A DNA stretch of 64,000 nucleotides from Alphaproteobacteria bacterium (GTDB lineage: Bacteria > Pseudomonadota > Alphaproteobacteria > UBA9219), in NCBI GenBank assembly GCA_019233975.1, contig JAFALY010000038.1, forward strand, positions 21,638 through 85,637, written 5' to 3'. A program made the translations under genes and the position numbers. The notes below the pieces were generated by a model, which worked only from the letters and a program-made list of their open reading frames with translations, was not told the origin of the DNA and did no database searches. Positions 1 to 13,497 of the stretch are shown here, piece by piece. The stretch's first letter is position 1. Each line of letters begins with the position of its first letter.

Positions 1-110
1 GACTGCGGACTTCCAAGGCTGGGTAGCCCGAATAATTTGCCCAGAAAATGCCATAGGCATAAAGATCGATACACGACAAAGAAGAAACAACAACAGTCGG
101 GAATATCCCA

Positions 111-689
111 ATGCAACTTTCCGTTAAAGGCAAGCAAATCGACGTCGGTGACGCCTTACGCCAGCATGTAGAAAACCAATTGCAGGAAGTGATCGGCAAG
201 TACTTCAGCGGTTCGCTGGACGCGCAGGTTACTTTTTCGCGCGAAGCGCACCTGTTCCGCTCCGACATCACCGTGCATGCGGGCCGCGGCATAACTCTGC
301 AGGCGAACGCCAGTGCAACGGAACCCTATCCCGCCTTTGACAACGCGGCCAACCGCATCGCCAGTCGCCTGCGCCGTTACAAGAAGAAGATTGTCGACCA
401 TCACCACGAGCAGCAACGCAGCGAAGCCGCACAAATTGCCAGCAGCTTTATCCTGCAGGGCGCCGAGGCAACACAGGAAGAAGAAGCCAATGACAACCCC
501 GTTGTCGTTGCCGAAATGACGACCCCGATTGAAACCCTGACGGTCAGTGAAGCCGTGATGCGTCTGGATCTGGGTGACCTAACGGCCTTGATGTTCCGCA
601 ACCGTGCACACGGTGGGTTGAACATGATCTATCGCCGCAATGACGGCCATATTGGTTGGGTCGACCCCGACCAGGGTAAAAAGGCCTGA
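111..689 (+). CDS. hpf: ribosome hibernation promoting factor (long HPF/RaiA, sigma-54 modulation protein family)
   Basis: 192 aa ORF. The N-terminus MQLSVKGKQIDVGDALRQHVE..VTFSRE..HLFRSDITVHA is the classic HPF/YfiA fold signature and a C-terminal dimerisation extension follows. It sits immediately upstream of ptsN, as in rpoN-hpf-ptsN loci. Confidence 0.85.
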   Translation: MQLSVKGKQIDVGDALRQHVENQLQEVIGKYFSGSLDAQVTFSREAHLFRSDITVHAGRGITLQANASATEPYPAFDNAANRIASRLRRYKKKIVDHHHEQQRSEAAQIASSFILQGAEATQEEEANDNPVVVAEMTTPIETLTVSEAVMRLDLGDLTALMFRNRAHGGLNMIYRRNDGHIGWVDPDQGKKA

Positions 690-704
690 GGCGGGATTAG
701 TAAC

Positions 705-1187
705 ATGACTGATACAAAAGCCATTATGCACGCCCTGCTGCCTGCGCAATCCGTTCTCATTGATGTTGAAGCCGAGAGCAAGAAAGACCTTCTGCAATCC
801 GTCGCCCAAGTGGCATCGGGACAATCCGGCCTCGACTCCCACGTCATTTTCGACGTCCTTTGGGAACGCGAAAAACTAGGCAGCACCGGCGTCGGTTACG
901 GCATTGCCATTCCGCATGGCCGCGTGCCTGGCGTTGAAAAGGTTGTCGGCCTGTTTGCGCGCCTGAAGTCGCCGCTGGCCTATGAATCGCTGGATGAGAA
1001 ACCGGTTGATCTGGTTTTCCTGCTAATGGCTCCCGAAAATGCGGGCGCCGACCATTTGCAGGCGCTGTCCGCCGTTTCGCGTCTGTTACGCAATAAGGCT
1101 CTGTGCCAGAATTTGCGTACGGCCAAGGATGCCGAAAGCATCTATCGCTTCCTGACGGAAACCGAACCCGACGAACAGGCCGCCTAA
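705..1187 (+). CDS. ptsN: PTS IIA-like nitrogen regulatory protein (EIIA-Ntr)
   Basis: 160 aa with an EIIA fructose/mannitol-type fold and a GIAIPHGR phosphorylatable-His motif. It lies 16 bp downstream of hpf. Confidence 0.8.
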   Translation: MTDTKAIMHALLPAQSVLIDVEAESKKDLLQSVAQVASGQSGLDSHVIFDVLWEREKLGSTGVGYGIAIPHGRVPGVEKVVGLFARLKSPLAYESLDEKPVDLVFLLMAPENAGADHLQALSAVSRLLRNKALCQNLRTAKDAESIYRFLTETEPDEQAA

Positions 1188-1197
1188 AATCTGAAAC

Positions 1198-1962
1198 TCA
1201 AGGACAAGCGGGCGCATCAAGTGCTGATGCTGCCTGTGCGTCCAGCAGTAGCGCCACATTGTCGTGCCCGCGCAAGGCCGTGGCAGGGCATGCAGGAGAT
1301 ACGGACGCGGACATTAGCTTACAGATCGCCTCACGCTTCGCTTCGCCAAAAGCCAGCAGCAAAATCCGTCGCGCCCGTAAAATGGACGCGATACCCATGG
1401 TGAGGGCGGATGTCGGCACGGCATCAAGATTATCAAAGAAACGCGCGTTGTCTTTGCGCGTTTTGTCCGCCAACGTCACGATGTTCGTGTCGCCATTCAG
1501 ATCAGCGCCGGGTTCGTTGAATCCGATATGCCCGTTGACGCCAATCCCCAGTATCTGCAGGTCAACCGGACCATATTCCCGCAACAACGCTTCGTAACGC
1601 CGGCATTCAGCCTGTAAATCTGCGGCCATGCCATTGGGTATAAACGTGCGATCTGGCATCGCGTTGATATGGTCAAACAGATGCTCGCGCATAAAACGAT
1701 GAAACGACGCCACATGTTCACGCGGCAGGCCGACATATTCATCAAGATTGAAAAAGGTCGCGCGTGAGAAATCGAGCCCATCTTCGCGGTGCATGCGCAC
1801 CAACTCGGCATACAGGCCGATTGGCGTCGATCCAGTCGCCAGCCCCAGTACGGCATTCGGCTTGGCTCGCAGTAGTTCGGCAATAAGCTTCGCGGCGGCT
1901 ATGCCCGCCTCATGCGCTTCATGAAATACAGCAACCGCAGGTTTATGTTCATAAACAGACAT
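1198..1962 (-). CDS. nagB: glucosamine-6-phosphate deaminase
   Basis: 254 aa. Motifs LGLATGSTP, FNLDEYVGLP.EH and GIGVNGHIGFNEPG, ending ..ARFFDN, match the NagB/6-phosphogluconolactonase superfamily, and the NagB-type FNxDEYVGLP is present. Confidence 0.75.
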   Translation of the reverse strand: MSVYEHKPAVAVFHEAHEAGIAAAKLIAELLRAKPNAVLGLATGSTPIGLYAELVRMHREDGLDFSRATFFNLDEYVGLPREHVASFHRFMREHLFDHINAMPDRTFIPNGMAADLQAECRRYEALLREYGPVDLQILGIGVNGHIGFNEPGADLNGDTNIVTLADKTRKDNARFFDNLDAVPTSALTMGIASILRARRILLLAFGEAKREAICKLMSASVSPACPATALRGHDNVALLLDAQAASALDAPACP

Positions 1963-2060
1963 GGGTTATCCCTAACATGGCGCACCAGCATCCCCAAAGA
2001 AAAAGGGGAAAGCCACAGCCTTCCCCTTCATTCGTTGTCGTGCACTGCAACAGAGGCGGC

Positions 2061-2936
2061 TTAGGCAGCCATCGCCTTTTGCATGGTGGTGCCCAGCGCG
2101 GCGGGGCTGTCTGCAACCAGAATGCCAGCTGAGCGCATGGCTTCGATCTTGTCGTTGGCGGAACCCTTACCACCAGAGATGATCGCGCCCGCATGGCCCA
2201 TACGGCGACCCGGAGGAGCCGTAACGCCGGCGATAAAGCCGACCATCGGCTTCTTGCGCTTGCTGTGCTTGATGAACTCAGCGGCTTCTTCTTCAGCCGA
2301 ACCACCGATTTCACCAATCATGATGATGCCCTGCGTTTCGTCATCGGCCAGGAACATTTCAAGGCAATCGACAAAGTTCGTGCCGTTGACGGGGTCGCCG
2401 CCAATACCAATGCATGTTGTCTGACCAAGGCCTGTAGCAGTCGTTTGCGCGACAGCCTCGTATGTCAACGTGCCGGAGCGCGAAACAATCGCGATCTTGC
2501 CGCGCTTGTGAATATGGCCGGGCATGATGCCAATTTTGCATTCGCCGGGCGTGATAACGCCGGGGCAATTCGGCCCAATCAAGCGCGTCTTGGAACCCTG
2601 CAGCGCACGCTTCACCTTCACCATATCCAAAACCGGAATGCCTTCCGTGATGCAGACAACCAGCGGGATTTCGCAAGCGATCGCTTCCAGAATGGAGTCG
2701 GCCGCGAACGGCGGCGGCACATAGATGACAGAGGCATTTGCCTGCGTCTTTTCCACGGCTTCCGCAACCGTGTTGAACACGGGCAGATCCAGATGTTCAG
2801 AACCGCCCTTACCCGGCGTGACACCGCCAACCATTTTGGTGCCGTAGGCAATGGCCTGTTCGGAGTGGAACGTGCCCTGCGAACCTGTGAAACCCTGGCA
2901 TATAACGCGGGTGTTCTTGTTAACGAGTACGGACAT
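2061..2936 (-). CDS. sucD: succinyl-CoA synthetase alpha subunit
   Basis: 291 aa with [33 protein letters not shown] and a CoA-binding/ATP-citrate lyase-like fold. Its start abuts the sucC stop. Confidence 0.95.
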   Translation of the reverse strand: MSVLVNKNTRVICQGFTGSQGTFHSEQAIAYGTKMVGGVTPGKGGSEHLDLPVFNTVAEAVEKTQANASVIYVPPPFAADSILEAIACEIPLVVCITEGIPVLDMVKVKRALQGSKTRLIGPNCPGVITPGECKIGIMPGHIHKRGKIAIVSRSGTLTYEAVAQTTATGLGQTTCIGIGGDPVNGTNFVDCLEMFLADDETQGIIMIGEIGGSAEEEAAEFIKHSKRKKPMVGFIAGVTAPPGRRMGHAGAIISGGKGSANDKIEAMRSAGILVADSPAALGTTMQKAMAA

Positions 2937-4120
2937 TAGGCAGCCTTCCTTTTCACAGCAGCAACAATCTTTTCAGCCCCATCGGCGAGGTTATCGCCCG
3001 ACAGGATGGGCAGGCCGCTTTCGGCCAAAATCTTTTTGCCCAGATCAACATTCGTGCCTTCCAGACGGACAACCAGCGGCACGTGCAATTGCACTTCCTT
3101 CGCCGCCGCGATAATGCCTTCGGCGATAATGTCGCAACGCATAATGCCGCCGAAGATATTGACGAAAATGCCCTGCACATTGCGGTCCGACAGGATGATC
3201 TTGAAAGCCGCCGTCACACGTTCCTTGGTGGCACCACCGCCAACGTCGAGGAAGTTCGCGGGCGATCCACCATACAGCTTGACGATGTCCATGGTGGCCA
3301 TAGCGAGACCAGCGCCATTCACCATGCAACCAATGTTGCCATCCAGCTTAACGTAGTTCAGGCTGTACTTGCCAGCTTCGATTTCGGCGGGATCTTCTTC
3401 CGCTTCGTCGCGCATAGCTTCGACATCCTTGTGGCGATAGAGTGCGTTGTCGTCAAACGACATTTTGCAATCCAGCGCGATAATATCATCGCCGCCTGTG
3501 ACGACCAGCGGATTGATTTCAACAATCGCGCAGTCGAGGTCGATGAAAGCACTGTACATCGCCTGCAGGAAACTGACGCACTTGCCGATCTGCTTATCCT
3601 TCAGGCCAAGGCCGAAGGCAATCTGGCGCGCATGATAGGGTTGCAGGCCCGTGACCGGGTCAATGGCAACCTTGATGATTTTTTCAGGCGTCTTGGCAGC
3701 CACTTCTTCGATTTCCATGCCGCCTTCGGTTGAGGCCATGATGGTCACGCGGCTGGTCGCGCGGTCGATCAACAAACCAAGATACAGTTCGCGCTTGATG
3801 TCGCAACCTTCTTCGACATAAATACGTTGAACCTTCTGACCGGCGGGGCCCGTCTGGTGCGTTACCAGTTGCATGCCCAGCATGCGCTTGGCTTCGGATT
3901 CCACGGTGTCCATGGTTTTCACGACCTTGACGCCACCACCCTTGCCGCGACCGCCAGCATGGATCTGAGCCTTGACGACCCAAACCGGCTCCTTGAGATC
4001 GAGCGCCAATGCTTTGGCGACATCAATGGCTTCGGCCGGAGTAAAGGCCACGCCACCGCGCGGAACGGTCACGCCGTATTTCTTCAGAAGGCTTTTGGCC
4101 TGATACTCATGGATATTCAT
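2936..4120 (-). CDS. sucC: succinyl-CoA synthetase beta subunit (ATP-grasp)
   Basis: The conserved N-terminus [17 protein letters not shown] begins at the ATG at 4120, so the ORF-track N-terminal extension to 4198 is probably spurious. It is about 394 aa and its stop overlaps the sucD start. Confidence 0.93.
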   Translation of the reverse strand: MNIHEYQAKSLLKKYGVTVPRGGVAFTPAEAIDVAKALALDLKEPVWVVKAQIHAGGRGKGGGVKVVKTMDTVESEAKRMLGMQLVTHQTGPAGQKVQRIYVEEGCDIKRELYLGLLIDRATSRVTIMASTEGGMEIEEVAAKTPEKIIKVAIDPVTGLQPYHARQIAFGLGLKDKQIGKCVSFLQAMYSAFIDLDCAIVEINPLVVTGGDDIIALDCKMSFDDNALYRHKDVEAMRDEAEEDPAEIEAGKYSLNYVKLDGNIGCMVNGAGLAMATMDIVKLYGGSPANFLDVGGGATKERVTAAFKIILSDRNVQGIFVNIFGGIMRCDIIAEGIIAAAKEVQLHVPLVVRLEGTNVDLGKKILAESGLPILSGDNLADGAEKIVAAVKRKAA

Positions 4121-4266
4121 CGAGAACGAACCTCTCTTATGCCGGTTAGGAAAGAAGCAGCGCCAAGACGGCAAACTGCAGGCACTCATGTCAGGCATGG
4201 ATTACTGCGATTTCGCAATCGCAGCAAGCATATTTTTGCCTTAAAAATAAAAGGCTTAGACTTCCT

Positions 4267-4944
4267 TTACGCCGCCGTCGATTCCGCCATTGCGCAGCCT
4301 TTGTCGCCATGAACCTCGCTTAGGAAATCCCATAGGGTCTGCGCCGCCTTACGGGCGGCCATAAGGGCTTCTACCTGTCGGTCGGCGGGAATGGCGTCGA
4401 TCAGTTTTTCACAAGTCGCCGAATGATACACATCCGCCGTTTCATGAACCTTGAAGAAAGCCAAAGCCTCCGGCGTTTCAATACCGTAAAAGGACTTCAG
4501 GCCTTCGATCTTGGTTTTGGAGATTTCGGGCGTCTGATACTCGTAGGCGTAAAGGGCGCACAGGCCGCCTTCGTAAGACGAACGGCAGACATCCAGATAG
4601 GTGTCACGTGCCGCCAGTGCCGCCTGACCAAACTGCTGTGCCTTGTGCGAGCCCAGCCCATCCATGAAATCCTGCCACAACTGCGGATGCGGGGCCGAAC
4701 GTCCTGTCGTGCCTTCTTCATCCATCAGATTTTCAAGGATCATCGTGCGCGCTTCAGCGTTATCGCAACGACTATGCAGGCCGCTCACATAACGTGGGAA
4801 AGCTTCCACAAACGGCTGGTACTGTGCGGCATAATGCTGCAATTCCTGCTGCGATAATTCGCCGCGTGTCCATGCCTGGTAAAAGGGGTGAGACAGAAGA
4901 TGCAGATCAGCGATAGTTGCCTTTAACTGTTCAGAAAACGTCAT
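4267..4944 (-). CDS. CADD-family (PqqC/TenA-like, heme-oxygenase-like di-iron) protein, a possible non-canonical pABA synthase homolog
   Basis: 225 aa. HPFYQAWTRGELSQQELQHYAAQY, FPRYVSGLHSRCDNAEAR..ILENLMDEEG, HPQLW, ALYAYEYQTPEI and KVHETADVYH align closely along their length with Chlamydia CADD (CT610), as recalled from memory. Confidence 0.65.
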   Translation of the reverse strand: MTFSEQLKATIADLHLLSHPFYQAWTRGELSQQELQHYAAQYQPFVEAFPRYVSGLHSRCDNAEARTMILENLMDEEGTTGRSAPHPQLWQDFMDGLGSHKAQQFGQAALAARDTYLDVCRSSYEGGLCALYAYEYQTPEISKTKIEGLKSFYGIETPEALAFFKVHETADVYHSATCEKLIDAIPADRQVEALMAARKAAQTLWDFLSEVHGDKGCAMAESTAA

Positions 4945-4985
4945 GTCATACCCCTTTTCAGTTTGTGGTTATTGCCTCACTTAAT

Positions 4986-5957
<972 letters not shown>

Positions 5958-6124
5958 CTAAAGTAAGAAAGTACGGGCGAATCCCGAAAAGATTGGATGA
6001 ATTTTGATTACGCCTGAACAGCTTCAGGCGCAAGCCCGTTCCTGTTCACGCCCCGTTCACGCTTGCCCTGACCGTCTATCCCTGTTAGCCATTGATGATC
6101 CTCATTTATTAATGGAATCGTATC

Positions 6125-6877
6125 ATGGCATCGCAGCAGAGCACCGCCGCCACTCAAGATAACAGCCTTCCCATGTTTTACACAGCGCCACGCCCACTCG
6201 ATCGTGTGCGTGATTTGGACACCAAGCTGTCACGCCCCAACGGTTTCGGCTTTGCGCGCAACACGAATGCCATCCCCCTGCTGATTGACGAATTTCCCGC
6301 CGCCTGCGTCCATTATCCCATCGTCTTTGCCGCAGGACCGGCCCCCATTCCGACCGCCGTCGTTGGCCTGAAGAACAACGAGAACCTGTTGGTGAACAGC
6401 AAGGGTGAATGGCTGAACGGTACCTATCTACCGGCCTATGTGCGCCGCTATCCCTTCATTCTGATGGATGACCCGGTGCAGCAGCAATTTGTTTTGTGCA
6501 TCGACGAAGGCAGCGGCCTGTTCGGCAAGCAGGGTGAATTTCCCCTGTTTGAAAATGGTGAACCTTCGGCTTTCACCAAAAACGCGGTGGAGTTTTGCTC
6601 CACCCTGCGTGCGCAAGGTGAAAACACGGACCAGTTCATCAAAGCCCTGCAGCAGCATGATCTGCTGATGCAAAACGATGCGCAAGTCGATCTGGGTAAC
6701 GGCAACAAGATCCAGCTTTCTGGCTTTCTCGTCATCAATCCGCAAAAATTTGATGCCCTGCCTGATGATGTCGTGCTGGACTGGCGCCGTCGCGGCTGGT
6801 TAGGACTTATCTACGCGCACTTCATCTCGTCCCATCGCTGGCAAGGCCTTGTGAACCTGCTACATAGCCCCACATGA
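6125..6877 (+). CDS. SapC family protein
   Basis: 250 aa. The YVRRYPF motif and overall length match the SapC-related family (PF07277-like). Its TGA overlaps the ATG of the next gene (ATGA). Confidence 0.65.
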   Translation: MASQQSTAATQDNSLPMFYTAPRPLDRVRDLDTKLSRPNGFGFARNTNAIPLLIDEFPAACVHYPIVFAAGPAPIPTAVVGLKNNENLLVNSKGEWLNGTYLPAYVRRYPFILMDDPVQQQFVLCIDEGSGLFGKQGEFPLFENGEPSAFTKNAVEFCSTLRAQGENTDQFIKALQQHDLLMQNDAQVDLGNGNKIQLSGFLVINPQKFDALPDDVVLDWRRRGWLGLIYAHFISSHRWQGLVNLLHSPT

Positions 6878-8700
6878 TGAAAAACATTGTACGCGCTCTG
6901 GGCTTGATCATCGCGCTGACGGCAACGCCGGTATTCGCGCAAACAGCGCAACATGGATTGGCCCTGCATGGCACACCGAGATATCCCGCTGACTTTCAGC
7001 ATTTTGATTATGTCAATCCGAATGCTCCAAAGGGCGGTGATATCCACCTGTCTGCCCTTGGCACCTATGACACATTGAACCCCTTTACCTTAAAGGGGTT
7101 GGCGGCGGATGGGGCAGCGTTGCAATTCGAAACGCTGATGGCAGCGTCGATGGATGAACCGATGAGCCAGTATGGCTGGATCGCCGAAAGTGTGACGGTC
7201 GCGCCGGATCACAGTTGGGTTTCTTACAAAATCCGCCCAACTGCGCGTTTTCATGACGGCAGCCCAATTACCGCCGATGATGTGATCTTTTCCTTTGAAA
7301 CACTGCGTGATAAGGGGCACCCCTTCTATCGCAGTTATTACAAAGACGTCGTGAAAGCGGAAAAGCTGGGTGAACGCGAAGTAAAATTTACATTCCGCGA
7401 CACAACGAACACCGAATTGCCGCTCATCATGGGCCAGTTGCCTGTTCTGTGCAAAAAATTCTGGCAGGGCAAGGATTTCGCCGCAACGACTTTGGATCCC
7501 GTCATGGGCAGCGGCCCATATGAAGTAGACAGCATGACGCCGGGACGCACCATTTCCTATAAACGCGTCAAGGATTGGTGGGCGAAAGACCTGCCCATCA
7601 ACCGTGGGCGCTACAATTTCGATGTCATGCGCTTTGATTATTACCGCGACACAACAGTATCGCTTGAAGCGTTTTTGCGCGGCAGCTACGACTTCCGCCT
7701 AGAAAATGTCGCCAAGAACTGGGCGCTCGGTTACGACACGGATGCCGTACGCAACGGCAACATCGTCAAAGACACAATAACCAACCAACTGCCTGCCGGC
7801 ATGCAGGGGTTTGTTTTCAATATGCGGCGCGATCTTTTCAAAGACCGCCGCGTGCGTGAGGCGCTGAATTACGCGTTTGACTTCGAATGGTCTAACAAGA
7901 ACTTCGCCTATAACGCCTATACACGCACACAAAGCTATTTTGAAAACTCTGAACTTGCGGCACGCGGAATGCCCAGCGCGGATGAGCTAAAACTGCTGGA
8001 ACCCTATCGCAACCAGCTCCCGCCTGAATTGTTTACCGAGCCCTTCAAGCTGCCCACGACGGATGGCAGCGGCGACAACCGCGATAATATGCGCAAAGCC
8101 GCTGAGCTGCTGCGCGAGGCCGGATGGACGCTTAAGAACGGTGTTTTGGTTGATGCGAACGGCAAACCGTTGACGTTTGAAATTATAGACGCGGAGCCCA
8201 TGTTTGAACGCTGGACACAGCCCCTGCTCCGCAATCTTGAACGTCTGGGCATTAAGGCGACATTCCGCATTGTTGATGCCGCACAGTTCCAGAACCGCAT
8301 GGACAATTTTGATTTTGACGTCACGGTTTCGGTTTTCTCGCAATCCCTGTCGCCGGGGAACGAGCAGTTTGATTACTGGTCCTCTACCAAAGCCGATGTG
8401 CATGGCAGCCGCAACCTGATTGGCGTACACGATCCCGTTGTAGATGCATTGCTGGAGAAACTGGTACATGCGACATCACGCGAAGATCTGGTGACCGCCT
8501 GTCACGCGCTCGACCGCGTTTTGCTATGGCAATATTACGTGATCCCGCACTGGCATATCGATTCATTTCGTATTGCCTATTGGAACCGATTTGGCCAACC
8601 CGCCACGCACCCGCCCTATGGCTTGGCCGTTGACGACACCTGGTGGGTTGATACCGCCAAGGCCGCCAAACTTGACGCCCAACACGCACGTGGACAATGA
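6874..8700 (+). CDS. ABC-type substrate-binding protein, family 5 (YejA/MppA-like), periplasmic
   Basis: 608 aa with a signal peptide (MMKNIVRALGLIIALTATPVFAQ), SBP_bac_5-like size and motifs. Its start overlaps the SapC stop and its stop overlaps the next ORF's start. Confidence 0.8.
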   Translation: MMKNIVRALGLIIALTATPVFAQTAQHGLALHGTPRYPADFQHFDYVNPNAPKGGDIHLSALGTYDTLNPFTLKGLAADGAALQFETLMAASMDEPMSQYGWIAESVTVAPDHSWVSYKIRPTARFHDGSPITADDVIFSFETLRDKGHPFYRSYYKDVVKAEKLGEREVKFTFRDTTNTELPLIMGQLPVLCKKFWQGKDFAATTLDPVMGSGPYEVDSMTPGRTISYKRVKDWWAKDLPINRGRYNFDVMRFDYYRDTTVSLEAFLRGSYDFRLENVAKNWALGYDTDAVRNGNIVKDTITNQLPAGMQGFVFNMRRDLFKDRRVREALNYAFDFEWSNKNFAYNAYTRTQSYFENSELAARGMPSADELKLLEPYRNQLPPELFTEPFKLPTTDGSGDNRDNMRKAAELLREAGWTLKNGVLVDANGKPLTFEIIDAEPMFERWTQPLLRNLERLGIKATFRIVDAAQFQNRMDNFDFDVTVSVFSQSLSPGNEQFDYWSSTKADVHGSRNLIGVHDPVVDALLEKLVHATSREDLVTACHALDRVLLWQYYVIPHWHIDSFRIAYWNRFGQPATHPPYGLAVDDTWWVDTAKAAKLDAQHARGQ

Positions 8701-10592
8701 AACTTGATCTTACCGCGATAAAACACAACACCGTCAATTGTATTGATCAATTCAGAACATGGCTTTGTGCGCCCCCCTATGAAGGCGTGCCGTGGATGTG
8801 CTGGCTTTATGTCCTGTTTTGCGGCCTGTATGCCGGTGGTGCGCCGTTTCATGGACAGTTGGCATGGTTTGATGACAATGTGCGCATGGTCCAGATACTG
8901 GAATGGATTAACGGCGTTCATGGCTGGTACGACCACGTCCTGATGCGCGTCAATGCGCCCGAGGGTTTCCACACCATTTGGTCGCGTGTTGTCGATGCCC
9001 CGATTGCCGCCGTGATTATCGCCTTTCAGGGGCTTGTCGGTCAGCGGCAAGCGATTGTGGTCGCCGTCACATTGATACCCATGCTGCAAACGCTGATGCT
9101 GTTTTTCGCAGCTCCCTATTTCGCCGCACCGCTCATCGGGCGCGATAAAGCGCAACTGGTCAATCTGTTCGTTCTCTTTACGCAATGCCTGAACCCCGAT
9201 TATTTCACTTTGTCGGGATTTGAAATGGGCGCGGTCAGCCACCACACCTGGTATATCCTCTTAGGGCTAACGCTGCTGGGCAGCGCCATACGGTTGCTGA
9301 CTGAACCCGGCCGCAAGACAACAGCCATTTTTGTTGCGAGTAACGTAACGCTTCTGCTTGTGGGAATTGAAGCATTTCCGCTTCTGGCACTGGCTGCGTT
9401 CCTTCTGGCGGTCATTACGTGGCAAAGACAGGATGCGATGCTGGCGCGCGCGTCAGCCGTGGCGTTCGGGCTTGTTGCCATTATTACGGCCATCGACCAG
9501 CCCATCAACCACCCACCCGCAGAATGGCTGAATGTCTCGTTCTCTGAACCGTCCATTTTTGGTGCGATCATCACCGCCTGTGCTGCCGTATTTTTTCTGC
9601 TGACGGAACAGATCGTCAAGCGGAAACCCGGCAGCCGCCAATGCTTCGTTATGATGACCCTTCTTGCGGCGGCCATGGGCGGTGCCCTGATCGCCCTGTT
9701 CCCTGAACTGTTAAACGGTGCGGCGGCAGGATTGACACCAGAGGAACGCATGCTGGCCCACCGCGAGCACACAGAAGCGGTCGGCCTCTATGCCGTTGCC
9801 ATCAACACGGTTGATTATGTGCGCCTGATCATGCCGTCGGTTATTGCCTTTATCTGGATGCGGCATCTGGTCCGCAACAGGAAAGGCGCCGAAGAACGCC
9901 CTATCTACATATACTTTTACGGGTTGGTGATTATCACATTCATCTACGCGTCCATTTTCTCACGCCTGGTTTTCTATATGGCGCTAAGCGACAGCGTCGT
10001 TCTGATGCATCTCTGGCTGCATACTGCGGCCAAGATGAAAGACGACCAGAATGCGAGCCTGAAGAAGTTTTTACTGTATGTTTTTTTAGGGCCGCTGTGG
10101 ATGTTGATTGTCCCCGCCGCGAATTACAACAGCGGCTTTGGCGACAAGGTTCTGATGTTCCCCGCCAAAAAGCAATTCGGCAAACAAACCTGTGACATGA
10201 CCGGTATCGCCGAATATCTGCATTTCCATTACAGCAACGACAAAACGATTATGGTGCAGATGTACACGTCGGATAAGTTTCTGTATTGGACAGACCTGAA
10301 AGTCTATTTTCTGGCGAATTTTCCATCCCAGAACAAATTCATCAATGCACGACGGTTTTACATGACAAAAGACGCCGATATAGCGCACACGATTGCGACC
10401 GAAGGCCATGTAGATTTGGTCGCGGTCTGTCAGGATGACGTCAAACTGGGCGCTGATACGGCCTTTGCAAACAGCCTGCTACACAACAAGACATTTGAAC
10501 AACAACTGACGACAGGCGAAATACCGTCATGGCTGAAGCCAGTGCGAATGCAAATGGCTTCGCCCTATTTACTGTTTGAAGTTGTGAAGTAA
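8697..10592 (+). CDS. large polytopic inner-membrane protein of unknown function (about 12-13 TM helices plus a 150-aa C-terminal soluble domain; possible GT-C-type glycosyltransferase)
   Basis: 631 aa with many hydrophobic helices. The first loop carries FDDNVRMVQ, a DD motif resembling GT-C first-loop acidic motifs. It is translationally coupled (ATGA) to the preceding SBP. The ORF itself is secure, but the functional call is speculative. Confidence 0.55.
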   Translation: MKLDLTAIKHNTVNCIDQFRTWLCAPPYEGVPWMCWLYVLFCGLYAGGAPFHGQLAWFDDNVRMVQILEWINGVHGWYDHVLMRVNAPEGFHTIWSRVVDAPIAAVIIAFQGLVGQRQAIVVAVTLIPMLQTLMLFFAAPYFAAPLIGRDKAQLVNLFVLFTQCLNPDYFTLSGFEMGAVSHHTWYILLGLTLLGSAIRLLTEPGRKTTAIFVASNVTLLLVGIEAFPLLALAAFLLAVITWQRQDAMLARASAVAFGLVAIITAIDQPINHPPAEWLNVSFSEPSIFGAIITACAAVFFLLTEQIVKRKPGSRQCFVMMTLLAAAMGGALIALFPELLNGAAAGLTPEERMLAHREHTEAVGLYAVAINTVDYVRLIMPSVIAFIWMRHLVRNRKGAEERPIYIYFYGLVIITFIYASIFSRLVFYMALSDSVVLMHLWLHTAAKMKDDQNASLKKFLLYVFLGPLWMLIVPAANYNSGFGDKVLMFPAKKQFGKQTCDMTGIAEYLHFHYSNDKTIMVQMYTSDKFLYWTDLKVYFLANFPSQNKFINARRFYMTKDADIAHTIATEGHVDLVAVCQDDVKLGADTAFANSLLHNKTFEQQLTTGEIPSWLKPVRMQMASPYLLFEVVK

Positions 10593-10618
10593 CCTGCGGA
10601 AAATCAGAAGTGGAAAGA

Positions 10619-11038
10619 TTATGCCGCCGCGGCAACCTCAACACAGGCCAGCTTGACCTGTGCGGCCTCAATCGCCTTTTCAAGACGCATACGCTCGGCA
10701 TCCGACTTCGCCAAGGCGATATCGTCATGCAGCTGGGCAAGCGCCTGTACAACCGCCGCGCGATCGATGGATGAAACCGCCACGGCTTCTTCGGCCAAAA
10801 TGGCGCAACGCGTGGCGCTCACTTCCGCAAACCCCCTGGAGACAAACAACCGTTCGGAAATGGTCGTTTCATCGCTTTCGTAAACATTGATAACGCCGGG
10901 GCGCAGCGTCGTAATCATCGGTGCATGGCCAGCCAGAACGCCATAATCCCCCTCACCACCCGGCAAAGTGACCATAACGACCGGCTTGCTGAGCAGCAGC
11001 TTTTCCGGCGAAACAAGTTCCAACTGAAAGGCGGTCAT
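10619..11038 (-). CDS. atpC: F0F1 ATP synthase epsilon subunit
   Basis: 139 aa, MTAFQLELVSPEKLL..LPGGEGDYGVLAGHAPMITTL. Confidence 0.9.
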   Translation of the reverse strand: MTAFQLELVSPEKLLLSKPVVMVTLPGGEGDYGVLAGHAPMITTLRPGVINVYESDETTISERLFVSRGFAEVSATRCAILAEEAVAVSSIDRAAVVQALAQLHDDIALAKSDAERMRLEKAIEAAQVKLACVEVAAAA

Positions 11039-11043
11039 GTTGA

Positions 11044-13378
<2,335 letters not shown>

Positions 13379-13497
13379 GGGCCTACATGTCAAAGGGTTA
13401 AAATTGCGAGGCTTTTGTCGCCGAAACAGGCCCTTGGGTCAAGGACTAAATGTTGCGCGCCCCCTCTTTTTTTCGGCCTAAATCAGAGGGTTAGAAA

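Noticed and set aside
2193-3733. 248-aa and 216-aa plus-strand ORFs
   Set aside because: Antisense to sucD and sucC respectively.
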